A stretch of 64,000 nucleotides of DNA, from IMG/VR virus record IMGVR_UViG_3300034105_002232. One strand, given 5' to 3'. Positions within the stretch are counted from its first letter, which is position 1, and each line of letters starts with the position of its first letter. The notes below the pieces were generated by a model that worked only from the letters and a program-made list of their open reading frames with translations, was not told the origin of the DNA and made no database searches. Source of the stretch: a virus. Positions 28,646-36,369 of the stretch are shown here, piece after piece. A program made the translations under genes and the position numbers.

Positions 28646-29838
28646 TAGTATTTGCTTTTGTGTGTGTGCTTACGATAGTCAGTACTCATACGCGACCAAG
28701 ACTCGCCCGTGCCTTCTAGTATGTCACAAATGCGATCAATGGTACCATCAGTCCAATCACTAATGGCGCCCATACCAGGGTGCGGATACTCCAGTAGTTT
28801 ATTAAGTTTAGTAATTGCATCATCTATGCTCCAAGGAATGTAAAGACGTTCTGAATCATTGGCAAACGTTTCAGGAAAACTGCGATACGCAGGATACAAC
28901 ACATTGGCACCCAATGTATCTGCTTCGCTTACGGTGTTGCTTACCCAGTCTTGCAATGCACAGTTAAACAACACTCTGGTATCATTCAGTAGATCATAGT
29001 AGTCATTCTTTTCTAGATCCTCGTGAATTACCAGTTTGCCTTCTGCTTGCAATTGGCGTGTACGGGCCATGTAACTATCATTGTTTGATTTTAATTTTGC
29101 ACCACTGAAGATACAGAATTCCACATCAGGCCAATCGTTGTACACAAAGTTGGCGCGACGATAGTATTCTTCGATCAAGTCCATGTAAAAATCTGGCTGC
29201 TTCTCTTGATCCCACCTTGCAGCAAAGCCCACTCTACGTTTGCGTTGAGCAAAAGGCTTTAGCTCACCTGCAACACGACCACGCACTTCTGCTTTGCCAA
29301 ATGCCAGTCCTGAAATATTATAAACAGGAGCACGCCATCCAGCCACTTTCATGTGCATGACCATTTCTTCATTGCTGGCAAGCACAATGTCTGCAAAGCT
29401 ATCCACCATTTTTTCATAGTGTCCCATCCAGGTCTGCATGTTCCATACATGTACAAAATCATCAGGATCAATACTTTGTGCAAGACAACGAACAGCAATA
29501 CGTGGACGGTGAGCAGGATCAATTTGATCAAGTATGTAGGGCAAGCTTTCAATGCCTGGCTGAAACATGTCTTCGAAGTAGACAACATCTTGATTGTTTA
29601 CTTCACCTTGTTGCATCATTCTGACCAGATTCATCAGCTGACTCATGCCAAAGTATGTGCGTCCGTGTGCATCTAACACTTGCCCTACACTGATCTTTTG
29701 ACTGTTGTCTAAAGTAAGTCCTGGTACAATATGATAGTCAATGCCACGTCGTTCGAACACGGCACGATTCCACTCCTGTAACTGTAATGTGTACCTTGCT
29801 TTGTAAGGCTCTAGGCCCATGTACCATAACTTACGCAT
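28645..29838 (-). CDS. GT-B (group 1) glycosyltransferase
   Basis: FAARWDQEKQP, LQDWVSNTVSEA..LG (E-x7-E-like region), YRSFPE. Confidence 0.8.
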   Translation of the reverse strand: MRKLWYMGLEPYKARYTLQLQEWNRAVFERRGIDYHIVPGLTLDNSQKISVGQVLDAHGRTYFGMSQLMNLVRMMQQGEVNNQDVVYFEDMFQPGIESLPYILDQIDPAHRPRIAVRCLAQSIDPDDFVHVWNMQTWMGHYEKMVDSFADIVLASNEEMVMHMKVAGWRAPVYNISGLAFGKAEVRGRVAGELKPFAQRKRRVGFAARWDQEKQPDFYMDLIEEYYRRANFVYNDWPDVEFCIFSGAKLKSNNDSYMARTRQLQAEGKLVIHEDLEKNDYYDLLNDTRVLFNCALQDWVSNTVSEADTLGANVLYPAYRSFPETFANDSERLYIPWSIDDAITKLNKLLEYPHPGMGAISDWTDGTIDRICDILEGTGESWSRMSTDYRKHTHKSKY

Positions 29839-30059
29839 TATGTGCGTTCCTTTTTAGCATACCAGTTCATACGCGGCCATTTGCCACGCTGCACACGATC
29901 AAACTCGCCCCAGGGCGTTTTATCGTTGTACAGGTGTCGTTCGTCGTAGATATAACCATATGTTACACAGAACTCTTTGTATTTTTCAAGATCTTCAAAA
30001 ATTTGAGCAACCTCGGGTTTCATTCTTAGATACTTCTTGAGCCAAGCAGGACCAGCCAT
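29838..30059 (-). CDS. hypothetical phage protein
   Basis: 73-aa ORF with GGAG RBS. Confidence 0.7.
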   Translation of the reverse strand: MAGPAWLKKYLRMKPEVAQIFEDLEKYKEFCVTYGYIYDERHLYNDKTPWGEFDRVQRGKWPRMNWYAKKERT

Positions 30060-30071
30060 GTTTACATCTCC

Positions 30072-30521
30072 TTAGATTTTTATTGAAAGGGAGGGTTGAG
30101 TTAGATTATAATTTATTGTGCAGCCATTTTCGCCATCTTCGCTTACATCAATTGTAACACAGCGATCAGGATATCGGCTAGCAATTTGGACATACAAGTC
30201 ATCTGCAATCATTTCGCAACTCTTATAGTCAAGCTGCAACACACTTTGATCGCCTGAATACAGTTGTTCAAGCCATCTTTTAAATTGGATGAATTCAATG
30301 TCGCGATCATTATGGAACACGTCAATATAAACCTTAAAATGAAATATGTGGCGATGAGGATGGGCCAGGAAGGAAACGTCAAATTGATCTCCGGTGGCCA
30401 GTTGCGGATCTGTGGCCGCTGCCGGATAGCAATGGATACCTTCACGCCTGAATGTTACCCAAATTTGTCGTTGGGCTTTATCCATAATTCTGTCTGCCGT
30501 TTGTCTTTGTTCTTGATTCAT
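30072..30521 (-). CDS. QueD-like T-fold protein (putative DpdL-type CDG decarboxylase)
   Basis: H..., LAHPHRHIF in place of CxxxHGH, DIEFI, SCEMIA, VSEDGENG. Confidence 0.6.
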   Translation of the reverse strand: MNQEQRQTADRIMDKAQRQIWVTFRREGIHCYPAAATDPQLATGDQFDVSFLAHPHRHIFHFKVYIDVFHNDRDIEFIQFKRWLEQLYSGDQSVLQLDYKSCEMIADDLYVQIASRYPDRCVTIDVSEDGENGCTINYNLTQPSLSIKI

Positions 30522-30526
30522 ATTAT

Positions 30527-31084
30527 TCAGGTAAACAGATTTCTATAAGTTGATGTTGACATAGCTTCGAGCGCAATCATGTCTGTATTAGATAATCTAA
30601 AAGAGTACGACTTCCTGTCGGGGCTGACTCTCTCAAAGAAACCGTAATACCCGCCTGTGTAACTGGTTCTAGTCAAATACGGGTTTGATATCAATTGTGC
30701 CTTGGCATGATTGTATGCTATCTCAATGAGATTCTGTATGTGACTATCGGAAAAGTCGTATACTTTGGCCGAGATAATAACATTATCCTTTGTGTATATT
30801 CTCAGTTGTTGTTGGAATTTTTCATACACATGTGACTGTTTGTACGGATTTCTAAATATATCCTCAAGAGACATATCTGCTATAGTCTGGGCGCTGGTAG
30901 CATCAAGATCTCTTGACTTAACCTCTAACCCCAGCGAAAGAATGTCTGGACCATGTCCTTTGTTAATTGGAACTCCTAGGTCTTCTAGTAATTTTTCTGT
31001 GTACCTACCAGCATGTCCATCATGATTAGTAGGTACTTTTTGGCCAATTAGTTTTGCTGCAAGTTTAAATATTTTAACTTTCAT
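30527..31084 (-). CDS. MutH/Sau3AI-like PD-(D/E)XK endonuclease
   Basis: AGR..E..L..LG.....GPD.....LEVKS. Confidence 0.6.
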   Translation of the reverse strand: MKVKIFKLAAKLIGQKVPTNHDGHAGRYTEKLLEDLGVPINKGHGPDILSLGLEVKSRDLDATSAQTIADMSLEDIFRNPYKQSHVYEKFQQQLRIYTKDNVIISAKVYDFSDSHIQNLIEIAYNHAKAQLISNPYLTRTSYTGGYYGFFERVSPDRKSYSFRLSNTDMIALEAMSTSTYRNLFT

Positions 31085-31590
31085 CTGATAACCTCATCTT
31101 TGGTGTATTTAGACCAGTCTGTAAATACTGTACGATTTTGTAAGTCGTGTACACTATGGCACCAGACTCCTGGATTACTTGCTTTAAAATCTTTGTCATC
31201 AAGTTTAATTATAGCATTATATCCCAGTTGTTGTATATAGGGTAATTTAACCGAAATCATTGGAATAAAATTATTGTGTTCGCAAAATCCATATTCAAGT
31301 ACATCCTCTGCAGCAGACACATCAAAATCTAAGGTACACAAGCGACCATCTTTTAGTAAAGGTCGAATCATGTTTTCCCATTGATCATAATATGATACAC
31401 TACTATCTGGCACAAAACTTTGATTGGCACCAAAATAGATATGCTCGCATTTATATGCTATATAAGCAGCTTCAATCAATTCTGTAGGTTGTATTCCAAC
31501 CACAAACAAGGTTTTTAATCCGAATGCTGGAGTATGTTCTACTTCAGTACCAACAAACAAACTCACATTGTTATGTCCTACTCTATTCAT
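31081..31590 (-). CDS. conserved hypothetical protein beside dpdA
   Basis: F.G.EVEHT...KTLFV, HIYFG, DF.ASNPGVW, T.W..Y..D. Confidence 0.7.
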   Translation of the reverse strand: MNRVGHNNVSLFVGTEVEHTPAFGLKTLFVVGIQPTELIEAAYIAYKCEHIYFGANQSFVPDSSVSYYDQWENMIRPLLKDGRLCTLDFDVSAAEDVLEYGFCEHNNFIPMISVKLPYIQQLGYNAIIKLDDKDFKASNPGVWCHSVHDLQNRTVFTDWSKYTKDEVIR

Positions 31591-31591
31591 A

Positions 31592-31798
31592 TCAATCTCC
31601 TAGATCCACACGTTCGTGGTCATGTTCCCATTGTAGTTTATTCAATCGAGCCACTTCGTCTTTGACAGCAAGACGTTTCTTTTTCATTTCCGCAAGTCGA
31701 TCAACTTCCACATGCGGATGGTTCCGTTCCATGTCGTCAATTTGTGTATTCAACGATCGGTGCATTTCTTCCAAGTGTTTAATTTTGGCTTTGTACAT
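31592..31798 (-). CDS. DUF465/YdcH-like coiled-coil protein
   Basis: H..L...I...E...KKKRLAVKDE. Confidence 0.7.
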   Translation of the reverse strand: MYKAKIKHLEEMHRSLNTQIDDMERNHPHVEVDRLAEMKKKRLAVKDEVARLNKLQWEHDHERVDLGD

Positions 31799-33346
31799 TT
31801 ATACCTCAAAAATATCAGAATTGAAAATTACGACTGGTTTTTCTTTCTTTTCTTTATCTAGTTTAACACCACTGCCTTCAATAATCAAATGCTTGTTGGC
31901 CTGAGTGTGTGCATTTTTTGCCTTCTTGCCTTTGAACCCTCTAGTACCAACAATCTCCATCCAATACGAATCATAATGCTCAATGATATCCAATGCTGTT
32001 TGCTTGTCAGGCGCAGCAAAGATACTATCAACAATATCTTTGAAAAATTCATGAGTTGGTCCGCTGTATCGCATCATGGCAGGATAGCTACCAGCATCGT
32101 ATTCACGATTGGCACGCTGCACAGATTCAATGTGTGTCCATACATTGTGTCCCATTAGCAAGGCATAGCTGAAACTATCCCATGATGTTTTTCCTTCTTT
32201 ACCATTTTTATTTAGGTCTCCGGGTTTGTATATACAAATATCTTTCATTTGCAACTGTTGACTAATTGGACTTTCATCAAAATGATCCCAGAAACCATCC
32301 GCTACAGTAGCGGCACCGTAACTGCGTGTGTCTGCGGAATATTTTTTATCATCCGCACTGGGGTTCATCCGGTAACTCCATTTTTCTCCTGGAGTAACGT
32401 CAATTTCGTGATACACCTGACCATTTGCAGTAGCCAGGAACGGACTTGCACAATCAAAACTGATAGTAAATGCAGGATTGATATATTTTCTGACAGACCT
32501 TTGAATATCAGTCAACAACAATGCCCATTCTAGTTTACTAGTACCCAGGAAGTGCATCCAATCATGCACGCCTTCTTGCAATAAATTATCATAGCGTAGT
32601 TCAACCAACCGCCTAAGAATTAAATGTACATCACACATGTTCTGACCGCCCATGGCCCAACCATTAAAATGAGTATCTGGGTACACAGCAGGATCACAGT
32701 AATGCTTCATCTCATGATACCAATCATCTGCCTCGGTATGATTTGCACCTTGTAACACATTAAGGATCTTGGTACCACCGTTTTTATAACCTCGACGGTG
32801 TTTCATAAAATAATCGTTGTTGTACTTGGTAGCGTTGACGGCTTCTTGGTGCGTGGTAATTTGACATGCTGCACTGGCTTTGGGACTATGAACTACCCAG
32901 GTAGGAATATCCAAGGTCATGGCATAATCACTGATGCCATCTAACCACTTCAAGACTGCTTCGCGCTTGGCCTGTGCCCGAGGGCAACCTGAGTTGGCCT
33001 TCCAGTCACCTTCCCACAAGCCCTTGGCAATCTGGAATCCGCCTGAGTCTCCCAGCATGAACGTGCCTGGCTCACGCTTACGAACCATGTCCTCGCCGGG
33101 ATCGTCTTTGGTTAAGTCTAGATTTGCGTGTCCTGCTGAGTAGAGACTCCAATGGTACGGAAACAGTGCTTGTTGACTGTTGAGCCAGTTGAGTTGCTCC
33201 ATGTGGGGTATTCCCTGTGGCATACGAGCAGGATCAACATAATCATTGTTAACACGTTGTTTTCCTATAAATGTGGCATAGAAGCCAGATATTGCTGGCA
33301 AGAATACCGCATAGTCGTTTTGTTTACTTGTTAAATCATCCTGCAT
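31799..33346 (-). CDS. dpdA: TGT-superfamily guanine transglycosylase (DpdA-like; inserts 7-deazaguanine into DNA)
   Basis: DSGGFQ, LDIP, VLQG, GWAMGG, HFLG, SFDCAS; no C-terminal CxCxxC zinc site of tRNA TGT; folE/queD/queE context. Confidence 0.75.
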   Translation of the reverse strand: MQDDLTSKQNDYAVFLPAISGFYATFIGKQRVNNDYVDPARMPQGIPHMEQLNWLNSQQALFPYHWSLYSAGHANLDLTKDDPGEDMVRKREPGTFMLGDSGGFQIAKGLWEGDWKANSGCPRAQAKREAVLKWLDGISDYAMTLDIPTWVVHSPKASAACQITTHQEAVNATKYNNDYFMKHRRGYKNGGTKILNVLQGANHTEADDWYHEMKHYCDPAVYPDTHFNGWAMGGQNMCDVHLILRRLVELRYDNLLQEGVHDWMHFLGTSKLEWALLLTDIQRSVRKYINPAFTISFDCASPFLATANGQVYHEIDVTPGEKWSYRMNPSADDKKYSADTRSYGAATVADGFWDHFDESPISQQLQMKDICIYKPGDLNKNGKEGKTSWDSFSYALLMGHNVWTHIESVQRANREYDAGSYPAMMRYSGPTHEFFKDIVDSIFAAPDKQTALDIIEHYDSYWMEIVGTRGFKGKKAKNAHTQANKHLIIEGSGVKLDKEKKEKPVVIFNSDIFEV

Positions 33347-34001
33347 AAAATTTTACCGAGTTAATTAGATTGTAGTCTGGTTGAAGGTATTCTAATAATT
33401 TTTGTTTATGTTCAATATTGCCTGGGTCAGCTAAAAATGCTACTAAATTTACGTAAAGTGGTCTATTAAGGAACATAGGGTTAATTTTTTTATCATCCAA
33501 CGGAAGATCAATATTAACAGAAGCAAGCCATTGCCTTATTTGACTTCCAGTATTGTCGTTCAGATAAAAAAAAGTTATTTTTTCTAAATCAATAAGTTGT
33601 ATATACTCAATTTGAAGTTGTGTGTGCCAATCAAGATTAAATTTGTTACGTGAGAAAAAGTATATAAAAGAAGATTTAACATCCTTGGTTAACAATTGAC
33701 AAAAACGATCTAGTAGTTTAACTGAGTCAGCAGGTAGATTTGCACGACCTTCTGGTGTTTCAATTGACAAACAGCATGTAATAAAAGCAGTGATCCATCG
33801 CTCTAGTGGATCACGCAGAACACAAAATATATTTTTATTAGCCAGCAGATCCTTTAAATCTGCAGGTGCAAGATTACTAATATAAAACCACGATGCATTA
33901 CAAAAAGCCTCGGTCAGTTTAGTATGAGCATTTTTCGCAATTGGCATATATAAAAATTTGTTGGAATTATCAATATAAAATTGTAAATCAAGGCGTTCCA
34001 T
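33336..34001 (-). CDS. sulfotransferase family 2-like protein
   Basis: 5'-PSB-like IAKNAHT; 3'-PB-like LRDPLERWITA; H...Q; D..L. Confidence 0.7.
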   Translation of the reverse strand: MERLDLQFYIDNSNKFLYMPIAKNAHTKLTEAFCNASWFYISNLAPADLKDLLANKNIFCVLRDPLERWITAFITCCLSIETPEGRANLPADSVKLLDRFCQLLTKDVKSSFIYFFSRNKFNLDWHTQLQIEYIQLIDLEKITFFYLNDNTGSQIRQWLASVNIDLPLDDKKINPMFLNRPLYVNLVAFLADPGNIEHKQKLLEYLQPDYNLINSVKFYAG

Positions 34002-34617
34002 AAAATTTTATCAAATTAATTAAGTTATGGTCTTTGCTAAAGTACTGAGTTACCTGTTCAAAATATTTAGGTTTTTCTTCTAATGCTTTTTTAAAAATTT
34101 GTTTAAATCTAAAACGTTCACTACTGTTTTCTGTCACATGTTGATAATTGTATTTAAAGTACCGATTAGTCATGCCATGACTACTCAGAAATTGACTAAA
34201 CAGCTGCCGGTAGCTTGAGTCGCACAAAAAAAATGTGCAGTTATCTAAATTGATACCATCTAGAAATAACACTTGTTGTTCAGTGTGATCATCAAAGGCA
34301 ACACGATCAAATACTAAATCAAAAAAGGCATCCAAAAACTGCAAAGGATCCAATTGGTTATGATACAAGAACATGTATTCTGCGATCCCGCTTAACCAAC
34401 GATCAACCGGATCTCGCAATACAACCAAGGCATGTTTGTGATACAGATTGTCGGTATGGTAATTGTAAATCTCCCATCCCCAATCTTTCAAATTGGGTTT
34501 GGTCCACGACGTGGCATTTTTAGGAATATTGATATACATTAGGTCAGAGTCTGGCTTTGACATACATTCGCCAAACACATGACCCTTTAATTTATAATAT
34601 TCTAAAAAATCAATCAC
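33988..34617 (-). CDS. sulfotransferase family 2-like protein
   Basis: IPKNATS; LRDPVDRWLSG; DHT..Q. Confidence 0.75.
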   Translation of the reverse strand: MIDFLEYYKLKGHVFGECMSKPDSDLMYINIPKNATSWTKPNLKDWGWEIYNYHTDNLYHKHALVVLRDPVDRWLSGIAEYMFLYHNQLDPLQFLDAFFDLVFDRVAFDDHTEQQVLFLDGINLDNCTFFLCDSSYRQLFSQFLSSHGMTNRYFKYNYQHVTENSSERFRFKQIFKKALEEKPKYFEQVTQYFSKDHNLINLIKFYGTP

Positions 34618-35345
34618 TTTTGCTGTGCAGGAATTATGTAATTGTAAACTGCTAGGCCGCTGTCAACTGTGATCTGTGCAGCACCTTCGTCGCTAAATCG
34701 AATCATTTTATCACCTGGCAGCCCAAGGATACTGATAACAGCACTGATGGGCCAGTGCCATGCTTTGGTCAACGACCCTGCCACGTCGTGGGCAAATACA
34801 AAGTTGCCGGCATGACTACTATGATCACCAAAGTAAAATACTAGATTGCCGTTTTCTGTTTTGGCAATAAATGTAGTTTCTTCGCTGTTGGCCTGTGATT
34901 GGAAACGTAGACGCTGAATAGCTGCTACACTGGGCTCAATTTCCACGCCCCACTTGACACCTTTGAACTTGACTGTTTTGAGTTTGTCGTTTACAATTTC
35001 TGCGCTCATGAAGCGATAGTCATTTTTAAAGTCGCCAGCCTTGTTTTCAAAATGTATGCCTCCAGGTTCGGCAACGCCATCTTTATCTCTTGTGATAATA
35101 CTCAATTTAGCATCTTCTCGGTATTCGGGAATACCAAGAATAGTATTAAGTTTACCCAAACTTGGCATACCAAACGTGCCTACAAAATCTGGAACAGGAG
35201 TATGAAATTGTGCTTGCACAATGGCAATACGTTCTTCGCTGACTGCATCAATTGATGTAATGGAATCTGTGCCAGTGATTTTAACTAAATCAATAATGCC
35301 TAAGCTGTGGGTGTGTGAAACTATGTCAAGTAAGTAATCTCGCAT
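34614..35345 (-). CDS. DNA polymerase sliding clamp (gp45-like)
   Basis: Size, FG...L..L pattern, C-terminal Y.YIIPA, position near the DNA polymerase. Confidence 0.7.
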   Translation of the reverse strand: MRDYLLDIVSHTHSLGIIDLVKITGTDSITSIDAVSEERIAIVQAQFHTPVPDFVGTFGMPSLGKLNTILGIPEYREDAKLSIITRDKDGVAEPGGIHFENKAGDFKNDYRFMSAEIVNDKLKTVKFKGVKWGVEIEPSVAAIQRLRFQSQANSEETTFIAKTENGNLVFYFGDHSSHAGNFVFAHDVAGSLTKAWHWPISAVISILGLPGDKMIRFSDEGAAQITVDSGLAVYNYIIPAQQK

Positions 35346-35368
35346 GTAATTCTCCTAATAAGTGTGTA

Positions 35369-35397
35369 AGTATAACAATTGTATTTAGAAAAGTCAA
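35369..35397 (-). promoter_or_regulatory. sigma70 promoter TTGACT-N17-TATACT with a nested TAAATA box
   Basis: Read directly upstream of the clamp gene. Confidence 0.7.
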
Positions 35398-35400
35398 CAC

Positions 35401-36363
35401 CTAACGATATTTTATTTCGCCAAGGACCTGATGAGCTTTAACTGTGGATAAGGTGCCGGGTTTTTTTAATTCTACCCAGCTGGTAGATGGCAAGAAATCT
35501 GGAGCGTCAACAACTTCAAAGCCTAAACTTTCAGCCAGTGGCAACAACATACTTTTTGGTACATAGGTCATGAAATAGCTTTCGCTTAATCCTGCGCTTG
35601 CACTCAGATCTCCGTTGTTGTAGGTAAACAATATGATTCCACCGGGCTTTAACCAAGTCAACGACTGAATCAAAAATTGTTTTATACTGTCCAGACTCAA
35701 GTAATTAAAAAAGTTATAGCTAAAGATAAACCCAAATTGATTCGCAGGTAGTTGGTTTATCTTGTAATCAACAATTAGATATTTTCTTAGGCGAGCCTGG
35801 TATTCTGGTGTAAATTGATTATTTGTGTTGTCAAGGAATTCTTGATGCATGTCACTGACATAAAGCGGGTCCGAAGATACCAGATGTTTGGTCCACTCGC
35901 CATCCCTGCATCCAATTTCCAATGCAGGATATTTCCACCCGCTGTACAGTCTGATTCGATTGATCAGAGTGGTATCAGATCCTTCAACCATGGCCATTCG
36001 TTTGATATCTCGTATGATACCTGGGCTGGTATGGGTGTATTCAGTCTGGTAGTTCTTTTCAAAAAACTTTTTGGTCTTTACATCAATTTCATGATCTACC
36101 TGGTCAATTATGTGTTGTATGCTGGCTAAATCTTGGTCCAAATTGGTAAAAATTTTGTTGTGTAATTCAGCTGCAGCATTTGTGATTTGTTGCTGGTATT
36201 TCTCGTTGCCAAGTGTGGCCATGGATTGCAAGGATGCTTTATTTTTTTCAAGCTCGAGCTTGATCGTAGAGAGCTCTATGGCCTTCTGTAATTCATTACG
36301 CAATAATACCAATTCGTGCAGTTTCATTGATCTTTGCCACACACCGTTAATGATTGTGTACAT
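35401..36363 (-). CDS. class I SAM-dependent methyltransferase-like protein with N-terminal coiled coil
   Basis: LEIGCRDG, FGFIFS.N.F, LKPGG. Confidence 0.75.
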   Translation of the reverse strand: MYTIINGVWQRSMKLHELVLLRNELQKAIELSTIKLELEKNKASLQSMATLGNEKYQQQITNAAAELHNKIFTNLDQDLASIQHIIDQVDHEIDVKTKKFFEKNYQTEYTHTSPGIIRDIKRMAMVEGSDTTLINRIRLYSGWKYPALEIGCRDGEWTKHLVSSDPLYVSDMHQEFLDNTNNQFTPEYQARLRKYLIVDYKINQLPANQFGFIFSYNFFNYLSLDSIKQFLIQSLTWLKPGGIILFTYNNGDLSASAGLSESYFMTYVPKSMLLPLAESLGFEVVDAPDFLPSTSWVELKKPGTLSTVKAHQVLGEIKYR

Positions 36364-36369
36364 AGATAT

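Noticed and set aside
31799-33346. Canonical tRNA-guanine transglycosylase (tgt)
   Set aside because: Lacks the C-terminal zinc-binding CxCxxC/H motif and lies beside replication genes; a DNA-acting role is more plausible though unproven
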